From Dehalococcoidia bacterium (lineage in GTDB: Bacteria; Chloroflexota; Dehalococcoidia; Lucifugimonadales; JAGWBF01): 64,000 bases of DNA. A model generated the notes under the pieces. The model worked only from the letters and a program-made list of their open reading frames with translations. It did not search any database and was not told the DNA's origin. Made by a program: the position numbers and the translations under genes. Location of the stretch: positions 77,692 through 141,691 of the forward strand of contig CBDBNM010000002.1 of the NCBI GenBank assembly GCA_965207935.1, given 5' to 3'. This document shows positions 37,680 to 49,517 of this stretch, in pieces. Numbering within the stretch: position 1 is the first letter of the stretch; each line of letters starts with the position of its first letter.

Positions 37680-38504
37680 ATGGAGAAGCTGGAGTCCGCA
37701 AGCCTGGCAAACCGCAGCCTTCTGTGCGTGGGACTGGACCCGGACCCCCGACATATGCCCGTGCCCGACCTGTTCGAGTTCAACCGCGCCATCATCGACG
37801 CCACCCTTGATTTGGTCTGCGCCTACAAGCCTAACTTGTCCTTCTACGAGGCCCGAGGCATCCCTGGACTGGAAGCCCTCAAGCGCACCGTCGAGTACAT
37901 TCACAGCGCGGCCGGCGAAGTCCCCGTTATCGGCGATGCCAAGCGGGGGGACCTGGGACCCTCTTGCGAAAGCTACGCCAAAGCCATGTTCGATGTTTGG
38001 GAGTTCGATGCCATAACCACCAGTGCATGGGGTGGGCGGGAGTCCATCCAGCCCTTCCTTGACCGCACAGATAGGGGCGTGTTTGTGTGGTGCCGAAGCT
38101 CCAACAGCTCCGCCGGCGACATCCAGGACCTGCCCGTAACCACCAACGGAGGGCAGCGCCCCGTCTTCGAGCTGCTTGCCGATTTGGCTCAGAGATGGAA
38201 TGAAAACGGAAACGTGGGCTTGGTGGTGGGAGCTACCTACCCCGAGGACCTAAAGACGTTGAGGGCAGGTTGTCCCGACATGCCCTTTCTGATTCCTGGT
38301 GTGGGGGCCCAGGGGGGCGCCCTGGAAGAGTCGGTGCGTTGGGGCACGAACTCCGCCGGGCGGATGGCTGTCGTCAACTCGTCCCGGGGCATACTGTACG
38401 CCTCGACGGGCGCGGACTATCCTCTGGCAGCCCGGCAAGCCGCCCTGGAGCTAAGGGACCAGATGAACGCTGTGCTGGAGCAGGAAGGCAAGGGATGGTA
38501 CTAG
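37680..38504 (+). CDS. pyrF: orotidine-5'-phosphate decarboxylase (type 2)
   Basis: LCVGLDPD, CAYKPNLSFYE, VIGDAKRGDLG and FLIPGVGAQGG. Start placed at ATG 37680. The upstream part of ORF 37389 overlaps sfsA. Confidence 0.85.
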   Translation: MEKLESASLANRSLLCVGLDPDPRHMPVPDLFEFNRAIIDATLDLVCAYKPNLSFYEARGIPGLEALKRTVEYIHSAAGEVPVIGDAKRGDLGPSCESYAKAMFDVWEFDAITTSAWGGRESIQPFLDRTDRGVFVWCRSSNSSAGDIQDLPVTTNGGQRPVFELLADLAQRWNENGNVGLVVGATYPEDLKTLRAGCPDMPFLIPGVGAQGGALEESVRWGTNSAGRMAVVNSSRGILYASTGADYPLAARQAALELRDQMNAVLEQEGKGWY

Positions 38505-38680
38505 AGCTGCGCATCGGCGATGTCCTGCGCCTGAAGAAGACTCACCCCTGCGGCAGCAGTATGTGGCAGGTAGTTCGCTTGGGCGCCGACATAGGCATTC
38601 GCTGCCAAGGCTGCGCCCGGCAGGTGATGCTGCAGCGCTCATACCTGGAGCGGCGGGTCAGGGAAGTCCTGCCCCGCTGA
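38495..38680 (+). CDS. DUF951-family small protein
   Basis: 61 aa: MVLELRIGDVLRLKKTHPCGSSMWQVVRLGADIGIRCQGCARQVML. It overlaps the pyrF stop. Confidence 0.6.
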   Translation: MVLELRIGDVLRLKKTHPCGSSMWQVVRLGADIGIRCQGCARQVMLQRSYLERRVREVLPR

Positions 38681-38699
38681 TGCGAAGCGCCCGCCCAGC

Positions 38700-39956
38700 A
38701 TGAGGATGTCCTACCGGCTGCCCACCCTCACGCGCACCCACCGGGGAGTGGTGGTGCTGTGCATCGCCATATTCTTCAGCCTCATGTCCCAGGGGATCAT
38801 CACGCCGGTGCTGCCCCTGTTCGCCGAGGACTTCAACGACAACACCTTCCTGATCGGCCTCGCCGTTGGCATATTCGGCCTCGGCCGGGTCGCCATGGGC
38901 ATACCCTCGGGCATGCTGGCCCAACGCCATGGCCGGCGCATAGTCCTGGTAGGTGGGACGGGCTTGGCCGCCCTTGGATCCATCCTGGTGCCCTTTTCCG
39001 GAAGCCTCAACGAGCTGATGATCTATCGAGGGATAGCGGGCCTTGGCGGGGGCGCATACATGGTGGGGGCAGCCATCTACCTCCGTGATGTTTCCACACC
39101 AGAGACCAGGGCGCGGTTCCAAAGCCTTCAGGAGATCAGCGTGGTCGCCGGGGTCATAGTCGGCCCGATCATCGGCGGATACCTGGCCGAATGGCTGGGC
39201 ATCATAGCGCCCCTGTATGCTCAGGCGGCGGCTGTTGGGGTGGGGGTGCTGGTGGTGCAATTGTGGCTGCCAGAAACCCAGCCCAGAAGGCGGGCATCGA
39301 ACCGGACAGACAGCCCGCCTTCGGGCACTGCGGGAGGGGCAACACCGCAGATGAACACCCTGCAGGGTCTGAACATCCTGCTGCGCCACCCGGGTTTCGT
39401 CTCGGCATGCCTGTTCAATCTTGCCATCGTCGCCAACAGGCAGGGGGGCCGTTTTGCCATAATGCCTCTGCTCGGGAGCGCCAAGGGATTCGGATTCGGG
39501 CAGCTGGGGGTATTCCTGACGGTGACTCACATATTCCAGCTAGTGTTTCTGCCCTTCACCGCATTCATATCCGACCGGGTCGGCAGGGTCTTCACGGTCC
39601 TTCCGGCGGCAGCTTCCATCATCCTTGGGATAGCCATATTCATATATGCGGACAACATCTACTTCCTTCTTCTTTCGGCGGTGTTCCTAGGCATGGGGGA
39701 AGGGCTGGCGGGCCCGCCCCCAACAGCCTACGTTGCTGATGCGGCGCCTACAGGGATCGAGGGCATCACACTGGGCTTGTTCAGGACCATCGGAGGAGCC
39801 GGTTTCCTTGGAGGCGCGCTGCTTTTGGGCGGGCTCTCCAACCTGTTCGGCATCCGCTGGGCGCTGTGGATCGACAGCATGATCGTAGCGGCCGCATCGG
39901 TGAACTTCGTCATCGTTGCCGGCAGAAGCATCAGGAGGAGCAAGTCTGTCCCTTAG
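38700..39956 (+). CDS. MFS transporter
   Basis: 418 aa with about 12 hydrophobic segments and a GRVAMGIPSGMLAQRHGRR loop motif. Confidence 0.8.
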   Translation: MRMSYRLPTLTRTHRGVVVLCIAIFFSLMSQGIITPVLPLFAEDFNDNTFLIGLAVGIFGLGRVAMGIPSGMLAQRHGRRIVLVGGTGLAALGSILVPFSGSLNELMIYRGIAGLGGGAYMVGAAIYLRDVSTPETRARFQSLQEISVVAGVIVGPIIGGYLAEWLGIIAPLYAQAAAVGVGVLVVQLWLPETQPRRRASNRTDSPPSGTAGGATPQMNTLQGLNILLRHPGFVSACLFNLAIVANRQGGRFAIMPLLGSAKGFGFGQLGVFLTVTHIFQLVFLPFTAFISDRVGRVFTVLPAAASIILGIAIFIYADNIYFLLLSAVFLGMGEGLAGPPPTAYVADAAPTGIEGITLGLFRTIGGAGFLGGALLLGGLSNLFGIRWALWIDSMIVAAASVNFVIVAGRSIRRSKSVP

Positions 39957-40057
39957 AGGGCATCAAGGCTTGGGCAGGTTTGACCTTCAACGGCGCCCGT
40001 TGCTAGACTTTCAGGAAGCTGAGAGTTCAATCTGGGTAACCAGCAAGAGGTACGGCT

Positions 40058-41722
40058 TTGGTTGAACAGAATGACATGGAAGCCATGAGGCAAGCGGGGG
40101 CCGCCTGGGCGAGCAGCGCCGCCGGCGCTCCCCAGACCAAGGCTGAGTTCAAGACGCCCTCCCAGATTCCCGTCGAGGCTGCCTACTCACCCCTGGACTT
40201 GGAGGACGCAGGAAATCCCGACGACATCGGATACCCCGGTGAGTTCCCCTTCCTGCGGGGAGTCCACCCCACGGGTTACCGGGGCCGGCTCTGGACCATG
40301 CGCATGTTTGCGGGCTACGGCACCGCTGAAGAGACCAACCAGCGGTTCAAGTACCTACTGGAGAACGGGCAGACCGGCCTGAGCGTCGCCTTCGACATGC
40401 CCACCCTCTACGGCTACGACACCGACGCGCCCCAGGCCGCCGGCGAGTTTGGCAAATGCGGTGTTGCCGTCTCCTCCCTGGCAGACATGGAGGTGCTTTT
40501 CGACGAAATCCCCCTGCAGGGGATAACCACTTCCATGACCATCAACAGCCCCGCAGCCATCATCTGGGCGATGTACATCGCCGTGGCCGAAAAGAAGGGC
40601 TTGGCCATCGACACCATGGGGGGAACCCTCCAGAACGATATCCTGAAAGAGTACATCGCCCAGAACGAGTACATCTTCCCCCCCGAGCCCTCCATGCGCC
40701 TCGTGGTGGACACCATCGAGTTCGCTTCCCGGCATATGCCCCGCTGGAACCCCATCAGCATCAGCGGCTATCACATCAGGGAAGCCGGCGCCACCGCAGT
40801 GCAGGAGCTGGCCTTCACCCTGGAGGATGGGCGGGAGTACGTTCGCTGGGGCTTGGACCGGGGACTGGACATCGATGACTTTGCTCCCCGCCTCAGCTTC
40901 TTCTTCAACGTCGACAACTACTTCTTCGAGGAGATAGCCAAGCTGCGGGCTGCCCGCAAGATATGGGCCCAGGAGATGCGGGACACCTTCCACGCCAAGG
41001 ACCCCCGCTCATGGTGGATGCGCACCCATGCCCAGACAGCAGGCTGGACGCTGACAGCCCAGCAGCCCGAGAACAACGCCATCCGGGTGGGCATCCAGGC
41101 GCTGGCGGCGGTGCTGGGGGGCGCCCAGTCCCTGCACACTAACTCAACGGACGAAGCATGGGCATTGCCCTCCCAGGAGGCGGTGCTCCTGGCCCTCCGC
41201 ACCCAGCAGATCATTGCCCATGAGAGCGGCGTTGCCAACACCGTGGACCCACTCGGTGGCAGCTACTACCTGGAGTCCCTCACCCGGCAGGTCGAAGCCC
41301 ATGCTTACGACTACTTCCAGCGCATCGAAAAGCTGGGCGGTGTGCTGCCGTCCATCGAGATGGGCTACTTCCAGCAGGAGATCGCCGGCGCCTCGTACAG
41401 GTACCAACAAGAGGTTGACCGAGGCGAGCGGGTCACCGTCGGTGTGAACAAGTACGTTACCGGCGAAGCCCCCGAAATACCTCTCCTTCGGATGGATGAG
41501 GAGGGTGAGGCCCTCCACTTGGAGCGCCTCGATGATGTCCGGAGAAGGCGGGACAGCAGGCTGGTGCGCACCAAGCTGGAGGAGCTAGGCCAAGCGGCCC
41601 GGGGCAGCGAGAACCTCATGCTCCCCCTGATCGAGGCTGTGAAGGCCTACGCCACCTTGGGCGAGATGATGGATGCGCTCCGGGAAGTGTTCGGCGAGTA
41701 CCAGCCCACCTGGGGGTACTAG
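40058..41722 (+). CDS. methylmalonyl-CoA mutase family, large (catalytic TIM-barrel) subunit without a fused B12-binding domain
   Basis: 554 aa with [45 protein letters not shown] and [13 protein letters not shown]. It ends before any DxHxxG B12 domain. Confidence 0.9.
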   Translation: MVEQNDMEAMRQAGAAWASSAAGAPQTKAEFKTPSQIPVEAAYSPLDLEDAGNPDDIGYPGEFPFLRGVHPTGYRGRLWTMRMFAGYGTAEETNQRFKYLLENGQTGLSVAFDMPTLYGYDTDAPQAAGEFGKCGVAVSSLADMEVLFDEIPLQGITTSMTINSPAAIIWAMYIAVAEKKGLAIDTMGGTLQNDILKEYIAQNEYIFPPEPSMRLVVDTIEFASRHMPRWNPISISGYHIREAGATAVQELAFTLEDGREYVRWGLDRGLDIDDFAPRLSFFFNVDNYFFEEIAKLRAARKIWAQEMRDTFHAKDPRSWWMRTHAQTAGWTLTAQQPENNAIRVGIQALAAVLGGAQSLHTNSTDEAWALPSQEAVLLALRTQQIIAHESGVANTVDPLGGSYYLESLTRQVEAHAYDYFQRIEKLGGVLPSIEMGYFQQEIAGASYRYQQEVDRGERVTVGVNKYVTGEAPEIPLLRMDEEGEALHLERLDDVRRRRDSRLVRTKLEELGQAARGSENLMLPLIEAVKAYATLGEMMDALREVFGEYQPTWGY

Positions 41723-41919
41723 AAGGCCGAGGCCCCCCCACCACAGTTTCGTTGACACGCTTTCTGGGCCTCTGCTACACTGCCCATGTGTTGACCTTCC
41801 CTCATTGATACCCCCAGACAACGTCGGTGCAGCCCCTTGCACCCGGGGAAATGCTATTGTCTCCAACACGACGACCGCAAAGCATGTTGGCAAAGCACCA
41901 CCAAATCTAAGGAGCAGCC

Positions 41920-43092
41920 ATGAAGCTAACTTTGTCAATTCTCAAGGCAGATGTGGGTTCTATCGGCGGCCATACCAAGCCAAATGACAAGATGATGGAT
42001 GCCGTCCGCCAAGATACGGACGCGGCCATCAAGTCGGGGCTGTTAATCGATGGGTGGGTGTCCCACACTGGCGACGATATCGCCATACTAATGTCTCACA
42101 CCAAGGGTCCCGACAACACAGACATTCACCAGTTCGCCTGGAATGCCTTTATCAAGGCCACCGGAATTGCCTCCAGTTTCGGCCTTTACGGCGCCGGGCA
42201 GGACTTGCTGGTGGACGCCCCCTCGGGCAACATCCGAGGCGCAGGTCCCGCCGTCGCAGAGCTGGAGTTCGACCATGAGCCGGGTAAGGGAAACCGGGTA
42301 AGGCCCGCCGAGTCTTTCATGATGCTGGCCGCCGACAAGTGCGGTCCCGGCGCCTACAACCTGCCCATCTTCCTGGGCTTTGCCGACCCGATGTACTGCG
42401 GTGGGCTGATGCTCCCCAACATGATCCAGGGCTTCACCTTCCACATCATCGATATGGACAACACCGACGGGGACAGCATCATCGAGCTAAACGCCCCAGA
42501 AGATTACTATCGCATCTCTGCCCTCCTGCGAGACAACGAGCGCTTCGGAATTGACCGCATCTACTCCCGCACCCACGGCCAGCAGGCTGCGGCGATTTCG
42601 GCCCAGCGACTGCACAGCATCGCGGGCACTTACACGGGCAAGGACGATCCCGTTGCTCTCGTGCGCAACCAGGGCATATTTCCGGCGCCCGAGGAGCTGA
42701 CCTCGCCCTTTGCCAAGGCCCACTACGTCGGAGGCGACGCCCGGGGGTCCCACGTAATGCCCCTTATGCCGGTGCCCATCAACACACCGGTTACGGGCAT
42801 ATACTGCCTGCCCCTGGTGTCCTGCACCGGCTTCTCGGTAGGTCCCGACGGCCACTTCTCCGACTCCTTCGTCGACTTCTTCGACAACCCCGCCTGGGAT
42901 GTCGTAAGGACCAGGGCCCAGGAGAAGGGCATGGAGATGCGCAGCCAGGGCTGGTCGGGCGCTGCTATGCTGCCCTACACCGAGCTGGAGTATGGCGGCT
43001 TTAGGACGACGGTTACCGGCTTGGTGGACCGCTTCGTGTTCCGAAACGGAAAGGTTGAGGACATCCCTGCGGAGAAAGCCACCGCGGACTAA
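41920..43092 (+). CDS. fbp: bifunctional fructose-1,6-bisphosphate aldolase/phosphatase (class V FBPase)
   Basis: MKLTLSILKADVGSIGGHTKP... is the hallmark N-terminus. 390 aa, with AAGGAG upstream. Confidence 0.9.
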   Translation: MKLTLSILKADVGSIGGHTKPNDKMMDAVRQDTDAAIKSGLLIDGWVSHTGDDIAILMSHTKGPDNTDIHQFAWNAFIKATGIASSFGLYGAGQDLLVDAPSGNIRGAGPAVAELEFDHEPGKGNRVRPAESFMMLAADKCGPGAYNLPIFLGFADPMYCGGLMLPNMIQGFTFHIIDMDNTDGDSIIELNAPEDYYRISALLRDNERFGIDRIYSRTHGQQAAAISAQRLHSIAGTYTGKDDPVALVRNQGIFPAPEELTSPFAKAHYVGGDARGSHVMPLMPVPINTPVTGIYCLPLVSCTGFSVGPDGHFSDSFVDFFDNPAWDVVRTRAQEKGMEMRSQGWSGAAMLPYTELEYGGFRTTVTGLVDRFVFRNGKVEDIPAEKATAD

Positions 43093-43315
43093 GGGGCGCC
43101 CAGAGCCAATCGCCCTGTTCGATGTAGTCGTTTGTCAGGTACCCTGAAGTGAAGTGTGGTCACTGAGAATTCTGACCATCTTCCCTGCTATTCTTTCATT
43201 CTGCCTGTCAAACGAATTGTGATCTGTTTCCTCGGCAAGCTTGGCATCCCCGCATTTCCTCGTTATCACGCTACGTCATGCTACAATTGTATTGGCGAGG
43301 TGCGGGGGCAAAGCC

Positions 43316-43972
43316 ATGAAACGCGCCACGCTGAATGCACTCCAGGCCTCGGCATCCAGGAGGAATCCGGTAGAAAAGCTGGTAGTGGCCACGCGTAACC
43401 AGGGCAAGGTGCGGGAGTTCGAGCGCCTATTGCTGGACATCCCCTTTCAGCTTATCTCCCTGGATGATGCGGGAGTGCCCCCGGACATGGAAGTGGAGGA
43501 GACAGGCAATACCTTTGAGGACAACGCCTGCATCAAGGCCAAGGCTTACGCAATGGCCAGCGGCCTGTTGACCTTGGCAGAAGACTCGGGGCTGGAGGTG
43601 GATGCGCTGGGGGGTGATCCCGGGGTGAGGTCGGCCAGGTACGGCGGCCCCGGCTACGATGATGCCGGGCGGGTCCAGCTGCTCTTAAGCAACATGAAGA
43701 ATATACCTTGGGGAAAACGGGCGGGAAGGTTCCGCAGTACCATCGCCATCTCCACCCCGGATGGTATGGTCAGCACCGTAGAGGGGTCGGTGGAGGGCAT
43801 GGTAATCTTCGAACCCCGGGGTGACGGCGGATTTGGCTATGACCCGATCTTCTACGTGCCCTCCCTGGGAAAGACCACGTCTGAGATGAGCATGGAGGAG
43901 AAGAACACCATCAGCCACCGGGCCAGAGCAACCCAGAAGGCCCTGGAATTGCTGAGGGACTGGCCCAAGTAA
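43316..43972 (+). CDS. rdgB: non-canonical purine NTP pyrophosphatase (RdgB/HAM1)
   Basis: LVVATRNQGKVREF, ETGNTFEDNA, EDSGLEVDALGGDPGV, GFGYDPIF and NTISHRA. Confidence 0.85.
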   Translation: MKRATLNALQASASRRNPVEKLVVATRNQGKVREFERLLLDIPFQLISLDDAGVPPDMEVEETGNTFEDNACIKAKAYAMASGLLTLAEDSGLEVDALGGDPGVRSARYGGPGYDDAGRVQLLLSNMKNIPWGKRAGRFRSTIAISTPDGMVSTVEGSVEGMVIFEPRGDGGFGYDPIFYVPSLGKTTSEMSMEEKNTISHRARATQKALELLRDWPK

Positions 43973-43976
43973 CGCC

Positions 43977-45005
43977 ATGCAGACAGGACTACTGCAGACG
44001 ACACCTGACGCCTTTGGGCGGCCGCTGCGGGACCTGCGGGTCTCCGTAACCGACCGGTGCAATTTCCGCTGCCCCTACTGCATGCCGGCCGAGGTGTATG
44101 GCGAGCGGTACAAGTTCCTTCCCAAGAAGGAGATACTCACCTTCGAGGAGATCGCCCGGGTGAGCGGACTGCTGGTGCAGCTGGGCGTTACCAAGATCAG
44201 GCTGACCGGGGGCGAGCCGCTGGTGCGCTCCGGCGTCCCCAATCTGGTGTCCCAGCTCTCCGCCACCCCAAACCTGCAGGACCTGACCCTGACCACCAAC
44301 GGCTATCTGCTGTCCCAGCACGCCCAAGCCCTGAGAGACGCCGGCCTGCGACGGATTACCATCAGCCTAGACTCCCTGGATGAAGAGGTGTTCAAGGCGA
44401 TGAACGGTCGGGGCTTCTCCCCCGACCGGGTGTTGGAAGCGGTCCAGGTGGCCCAGGACATTGGCTTCCATCCTGTGAAGATCAACTGCGTGGTCCAGAA
44501 GGGTGTGAACGACCACACCATCGTGGACCTCGCCCGGCGCTTCAAGGGAAGTGGATGCATAGTCCGCTTCATCGAGTACATGGATGTGGGCAATCTGAAT
44601 GGCTGGAAGCTGGACGAAGTTGTACCTGCCCAGGACATCTTCGAGATGATAAACAGGAGCATGCCCCTGGAGGCGCTGGAACCCAACTACGGGGGAGAGG
44701 TGGCCCTGCGCTATCGGTACCTGGACGGCGAGGGTGAGATCGGGATCATCGCCTCGGTGACCCGGCCCTTCTGTGGCGCATGCACGAGGCTGCGTCTCTC
44801 CACTGACGGGAAGCTGTTCACCTGCCTTTTCTCCGGCCAGGGCACCGACCTTCGCGGTCCGATGCGCTCAGGGGCCAGCGATGAGGACCTGGTGGATATA
44901 GTGAGGAGCGTCTGGAGCGTGCGGGAAGACCGATACTCCGAGCTTCGCGCGCGGGCCACCGCCAGTCCCGGCCGCAAGATCGAGATGTACCAGATCGGAG
45001 GCTAG
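43977..45005 (+). CDS. moaA: GTP 3',8-cyclase MoaA (radical SAM)
   Basis: [25 protein letters not shown] and a C-terminal [15 protein letters not shown] cluster. Confidence 0.9.
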   Translation: MQTGLLQTTPDAFGRPLRDLRVSVTDRCNFRCPYCMPAEVYGERYKFLPKKEILTFEEIARVSGLLVQLGVTKIRLTGGEPLVRSGVPNLVSQLSATPNLQDLTLTTNGYLLSQHAQALRDAGLRRITISLDSLDEEVFKAMNGRGFSPDRVLEAVQVAQDIGFHPVKINCVVQKGVNDHTIVDLARRFKGSGCIVRFIEYMDVGNLNGWKLDEVVPAQDIFEMINRSMPLEALEPNYGGEVALRYRYLDGEGEIGIIASVTRPFCGACTRLRLSTDGKLFTCLFSGQGTDLRGPMRSGASDEDLVDIVRSVWSVREDRYSELRARATASPGRKIEMYQIGG

Positions 45006-45015
45006 AGGCCCAGCT

Positions 45016-45525
45016 ATGCCGGATAGCCAGGACAAACAGACAAACGATCCTGCCCTCACCCACCTGGACGAGGAGGGCAAGGCGTCCATGGTGGATGTGG
45101 GCTGGAAGCCCGAGACCCGCCGGGAAGCCGTAGCCCGGGGGTTCGTATCCATGCGGCCCCAGACCCTCCAGCTTATCGTGGACGGCTCCTTCGAAAAGGG
45201 AGATGTGCTGGCCACAGCGCGGCTGGCGGGAATCATGGGCGCAAAGTCCACCTCCCAGCTAATTCCCCTGTGCCACCCCATACCCATAGACCAGGTGGCG
45301 GTGGACCTGGAGGTGGACCGCGAAAGCGTAGGAATTCGCGTAACGGCAACCGCTCGCACGTCGGCCAAGACGGGTGTGGAGATGGAGGCGATGACGGCGG
45401 TCTCAGTGGCCGCCTTGACCATCTACGACATGTGCAAGGCTGTGGACCGGGGCATCCGACTGGAGGGCATCCGGCTCGTGAAGAAGACCGGGGGCAAGAG
45501 CGGGGACATCATCCTGGAAGAGTAA
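45016..45525 (+). CDS. moaC: cyclic pyranopterin monophosphate synthase MoaC
   Basis: [47 protein letters not shown]. Confidence 0.9.
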   Translation: MPDSQDKQTNDPALTHLDEEGKASMVDVGWKPETRREAVARGFVSMRPQTLQLIVDGSFEKGDVLATARLAGIMGAKSTSQLIPLCHPIPIDQVAVDLEVDRESVGIRVTATARTSAKTGVEMEAMTAVSVAALTIYDMCKAVDRGIRLEGIRLVKKTGGKSGDIILEE

Positions 45526-45546
45526 CCAAGGCGTCGTTTGCTTTGC

Positions 45547-45813
45547 TCAGCGAGAGCTTTTTGCTTTCCCCAGGGCCTGGATCTGGCTAATCCCACAGCT
45601 TGGGCACTTGAACCGGTTGTTGAAGTAGATCCAGGCGGGGACAACCAGGAGCAGGGACAGCAGCACCATCTTCTTTATGGACAGGTCCTGCAGCGGCTTG
45701 AACCTCGTGTTGCAGGTTTCGCAGTTGACCTGCAGATTGCGGTCCAGCCTGTTTCCGCCCTTCCTTACCCTACCGCTGCGGTGTCGTCTTCTTTCGCGCC
45801 GGGCCATAGCCAC
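45547..45813 (-). CDS. small zinc-ribbon membrane protein (hypothetical)
   Basis: 88 aa with two CxxC pairs (CETC, CPSC) flanking one hydrophobic segment and a basic N-terminus. Confidence 0.35.
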   Translation of the reverse strand: MAMARRERRRHRSGRVRKGGNRLDRNLQVNCETCNTRFKPLQDLSIKKMVLLSLLLVVPAWIYFNNRFKCPSCGISQIQALGKAKSSR

Positions 45814-45833
45814 CCCCTGTCAACCGGTTTGGG

Positions 45834-46427
45834 CTAGAGTCCCCGCCCCTTCTCGTACTCTGTGATCTTGTCTTGATGCTGGAGGGTCAGGCCGATGTCA
45901 TCCAGGCCGTTCAACAGCGCGTGCTTGCGGAAGGCGTCTATCTCGAACCCGTAGGACACCTCTTCATCGGCATCCCACACCCGCTGGGCCTCCAGGTCGA
46001 TGTTGATCTGGTAGCCCGGGCTTGCCAGGGCCTTGTCCAGGATGCGCCGCACCGCCTCCTCGGGCAGGATCACCGGGAGAAGGCCGTTCTGGAAGCAGTT
46101 GTTGTAGAAGATGTCAGCGAAGCTGGGTGCGATGACGCAGCGGATACCATACCCGTCCAGGGCCCACGGCGCATGCTCCCTGGACGACCCACAACCGAAG
46201 TTGCGCCCCGCGACCAGCACCCTGGCATCCCGGTAACCCTCCTGGTTCAGGACAAAGTCCTGCTTGGGAGTGCCGTCCTCGTTGAACCGCCACCGGGCGA
46301 AGAGGAACTCGCCATAGCCCGTGCGCTCGATCCGCTTGAGATAAACCGCAGGTATGATCTGGTCCGTATCGACGCTTACCCTGTCCAGGGGTGCAACGTT
46401 GCCCGTCAGCTTCACAAAGGGTTCCAT
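45834..46427 (-). CDS. leuD: 3-isopropylmalate dehydratase small subunit
   Basis: 197 aa with [26 protein letters not shown] and FADIFYNN. Confidence 0.9.
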   Translation of the reverse strand: MEPFVKLTGNVAPLDRVSVDTDQIIPAVYLKRIERTGYGEFLFARWRFNEDGTPKQDFVLNQEGYRDARVLVAGRNFGCGSSREHAPWALDGYGIRCVIAPSFADIFYNNCFQNGLLPVILPEEAVRRILDKALASPGYQINIDLEAQRVWDADEEVSYGFEIDAFRKHALLNGLDDIGLTLQHQDKITEYEKGRGL

Positions 46428-46478
46428 ATCTTCCTCTTCTTCTAGTTCGTTGGCATCAGCAAAGCTAGCTTGGGCACG

Positions 46479-47876
46479 CTACCAGTCGCGTATGTCCACG
46501 AAATGTCCCGCTATGGCAGCCGCAGCGGCCATGGCTGGGCTGACGAGGTGGGTGCGCCCGCCCTTGCCTTGACGACCTTCGAAGTTGCGGTTGGAGGTGG
46601 AGGCGCACCGCTGGCCCGGGTCCAGCACATCGGGGTTCATCCCCAGGCACATGGAGCATCCCGCCTCCCGCCAATCGAAGCCTGCATCCCTGAAGACCGA
46701 GTCCAGTCCCTCAGCTTCGGCCTGCCGTTTGATGGCATTCGAGCCGGGCACCACCATGGCATACACCTTGGCGTTGACCTGCCGGCCCTTGACCACATCG
46801 GCGGCAGCTCGCAGGTCTTCTAGTCGGCCGTTGGTGCACGACCCGAGGAAGACCCGGTCTATGGCGATGTCTTCGATGCGCATGTTGGGCTCCAGCCCCA
46901 GGTAGGTCAGCGCCCGTTCGGCGGCTTCCCGGTCAGCCGCCTCGGCAAAGGACGCAGGGTCGGGCACACGGCTGGTGACCGGCGCCACCATTCCCGGGTT
47001 GGTCCCCCAAGTTACGTAGGGTTCCAGGTCCTTTGCGCTGATCTCGACGACCTTGTCGTAGGAGGCGCCAGGGTCTGAGGGGAGCTGTCGCCAGGTCTCG
47101 ATCGCTTCGTCGAAAGCACTGCCCTGGGGCACCTGTGCCCTTCCCTTCATATAATCGAAAGTGATGTCATCGGGGGCTACCATTCCTGCCCGGGCGCCCG
47201 CTTCGATGCTCATGTTGCAGACCGTCATCCGGCCTTCCATGGACAAGGAACGCACCGCTTCGCCGGTGTATTCGATGGCATGGCCCACGCCTCCGTTGAT
47301 GCCGATGCGGCCTATTGTGCCCAGGATCATGTCCTTGGCGGTAACACCCATGGGAAGCTGGCCGTCTACCCTCACTTCCATGTTCTTTGGCTTGGCTTGG
47401 CGCAGGGTCTGGGTTGCCAGCACATGCTCTACCTCGGAGGTCCCGATCCCGAAGGCCAGCGCCCCATAGGCGCCATGGGTCGCGGTGTGGCTGTCCCCGC
47501 AGACGATAGTCTTGCCCGGCTGGGTGTAGCCCTGCTCCGGGCCAATAATGTGGACTATGCCCTGCAGAGGACTGAACCGGTCGTACAGGGTGATGCCGAA
47601 CTCTTCGCAGTTGGCTGTTAGGGCCTCGAGCTGCCTCTTGGATATCTCGTCGGTCACGGGCAGGGACAGGTCCCACGTCGGCGTGTTGTGGTCGGCGGTG
47701 GCTACGGTCAGATTGGGCTGGCGCACCTTTCGCCCGGCCAAGCGCAGGCCTTCGAAGGCCTGCGGGGAAGTCACCTCGTGCACCAAGTGGAGGTCTATGT
47801 ATAGGAGGGCAGGTTGTCCCTCTTCCTGGTGAACGACATGGGCATCCCATATCTTGTCCAGCATGGTCTTGGCCAT
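46479..47876 (-). CDS. leuC: 3-isopropylmalate dehydratase large subunit
   Basis: [29 protein letters not shown] and the Cxx[10 protein letters not shown] aconitase motifs. Start placed at ATG 47876, preceded by GGAGGG. Confidence 0.9.
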   Translation of the reverse strand: MAKTMLDKIWDAHVVHQEEGQPALLYIDLHLVHEVTSPQAFEGLRLAGRKVRQPNLTVATADHNTPTWDLSLPVTDEISKRQLEALTANCEEFGITLYDRFSPLQGIVHIIGPEQGYTQPGKTIVCGDSHTATHGAYGALAFGIGTSEVEHVLATQTLRQAKPKNMEVRVDGQLPMGVTAKDMILGTIGRIGINGGVGHAIEYTGEAVRSLSMEGRMTVCNMSIEAGARAGMVAPDDITFDYMKGRAQVPQGSAFDEAIETWRQLPSDPGASYDKVVEISAKDLEPYVTWGTNPGMVAPVTSRVPDPASFAEAADREAAERALTYLGLEPNMRIEDIAIDRVFLGSCTNGRLEDLRAAADVVKGRQVNAKVYAMVVPGSNAIKRQAEAEGLDSVFRDAGFDWREAGCSMCLGMNPDVLDPGQRCASTSNRNFEGRQGKGGRTHLVSPAMAAAAAIAGHFVDIRDW

Positions 47877-47957
47877 GGACGACCCTCCTCGGAGCACGAT
47901 AGTACCCGTGATAACGCCGGCAAAGTAGGGCCGGGAAAACCTGTGAGGATGCTCGCT

Positions 47958-49517
47958 TTAGTCGGGTGTGGTAAGGGGCGCCGCCGTCGCTCCCAAGCCC
48001 TCCTGGGCGATCATGCGGTTGACGGCGCTCAGGTAGGCCTTGGCGCTGGCGACGATTATGTCTGTCGATGCTCCCCTGCCCACGTACATCTCGCCGTTCT
48101 GCTGGACGCGCACCACCACTTCGCCGATGGAGTCCTTGCCCTCCGTGACTGCCTGCACGTTGAAGTCGGCCAGCCTGGCTTGCACCCCCGTTGCCCTTTC
48201 GATAGCCCTGCAGACCGCATCCACCGGCCCGTTGCCCGTGGCTGCGTCGCTGTAGGTCTTTTCGCCGGGCCCGGTTACCCGCACCGTGGCTGTGGCGATG
48301 TCATGGTCGCCTCCGGAGAACTGCACTTGGTCCAGCAGGTAGGTGGAGGGCTCAATCGCTACCCGCTTCTCCTCGGCCATCAGGGACTCAAGGTCCCGGT
48401 CGGTGACTTCGCTCTTGCGGTCAGCGAGAAGCTTGAAAGCCTCGAACACCCGGTCCAGGTCTTCGCGGGAGAGATGATAGCCCAGGGCCTCGAGGCGGGA
48501 ACGCAGCCCGGCACGTCCGCTGAGCTTGCCCAGCACCAGGGCGTTGCCCGGCCAGCCGACGGTCACTGGGTCCATCACCTCGAAAGTGGTGCGCTCCTTG
48601 AGGACACCGTCCTGGTGAATGCCGGAGGCATGCCGGAAGGCGTTTTCGCCAATGACCGACTTGTTGGGCTGGATGGGCATACCGGTAATGCGGCTCACCA
48701 TTCGGCTGGTGGGATATATCTGGGTGGTGTCGATGTTGGTGGCGACGTTCAGGATATCCCGGCGGGTGTGCAACGCCATGATTATCTCTTCCAGCGCCGC
48801 GTTGCCCGCCCGTTCACCGATGCCGTTGATGCAGCCCTCCACCTGGCGTGCGCCTGCCTGGATGGCGGCAACGCTGTTGGAGACGGCGAATCCCAGGTCG
48901 TTGTGGCAGTGGACGCTGAGCACTGCTTTGTGCATGTTGGGCACGTTTGCCTGTATGTCCTTCAGCAGGTTGGTGAAGTGGGAAGGAATAGCATAGCCAA
49001 CGGTGTCGGCTATGTTGACCGTCGTGGCGCCTGCATCGATCACCGCTTCGAGGAGGTGGTACAGGTATTCAGGCGTGGTTCGGGTGGCATCCATGGGCGA
49101 AAACTCGACGTCGTCGCAGTACTTCTTCGCCCTTGCCACCATCTCCACCGCCATTTCCATGACCTCTTCCCGGTTCTTGCGGAGCTGGTGAAGTATCTGG
49201 ATGTCGGAGCTGGACAGGAAAACGTGAATCCTGGGGGATTCGGCCCCCTGTAGAGCTTCCCAAGCCTTGTCAACATCATCGGGATGGGCGCGGGCGAGGG
49301 AAGCGATGGTCGGGCCCTTGACCTCGCGAGCGATGGTCTTTACCGCCTCGAAATCCCCCGGCGAGCTCGCTGCGAAGCCCGCTTCTATAACGTCAACTCG
49401 CAGGCGTGCAAGCTGTTGCGCTATGGCCAGCTTCTCTTCACCGGTCATGCCTATGCCCGCCGATTGCTCACCATCCCGGAGGGTGGTGTCGAATATTCTT
49501 ACTACATCTTCCGCCAT
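47958..49517 (-). CDS. leuA: 2-isopropylmalate synthase
   Basis: IFDTTLRDGEQS, HCHNDLGFAVSNS and a C-terminal LeuA dimerisation/regulatory domain. Confidence 0.9.
   Translation of the reverse strand: MAEDVVRIFDTTLRDGEQSAGIGMTGEEKLAIAQQLARLRVDVIEAGFAASSPGDFEAVKTIAREVKGPTIASLARAHPDDVDKAWEALQGAESPRIHVFLSSSDIQILHQLRKNREEVMEMAVEMVARAKKYCDDVEFSPMDATRTTPEYLYHLLEAVIDAGATTVNIADTVGYAIPSHFTNLLKDIQANVPNMHKAVLSVHCHNDLGFAVSNSVAAIQAGARQVEGCINGIGERAGNAALEEIIMALHTRRDILNVATNIDTTQIYPTSRMVSRITGMPIQPNKSVIGENAFRHASGIHQDGVLKERTTFEVMDPVTVGWPGNALVLGKLSGRAGLRSRLEALGYHLSREDLDRVFEAFKLLADRKSEVTDRDLESLMAEEKRVAIEPSTYLLDQVQFSGGDHDIATATVRVTGPGEKTYSDAATGNGPVDAVCRAIERATGVQARLADFNVQAVTEGKDSIGEVVVRVQQNGEMYVGRGASTDIIVASAKAYLSAVNRMIAQEGLGATAAPLTTPD

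Noticed and set aside
45547-45813. Strong functional call for the 88-aa zinc-ribbon ORF
   Set aside because: Two CxxC pairs and one hydrophobic segment are the only support. It is kept as a low-confidence feature only.
47814-49253. 479-aa ORF antisense to leuA; similar long ORFs at 50423..51523, 50706..51638 and 51838..52752 antisense to ilvC/ilvN/ilvB
   Set aside because: They have no recognisable motifs and a biased composition. The opposite strand encodes well-supported biosynthetic enzymes.
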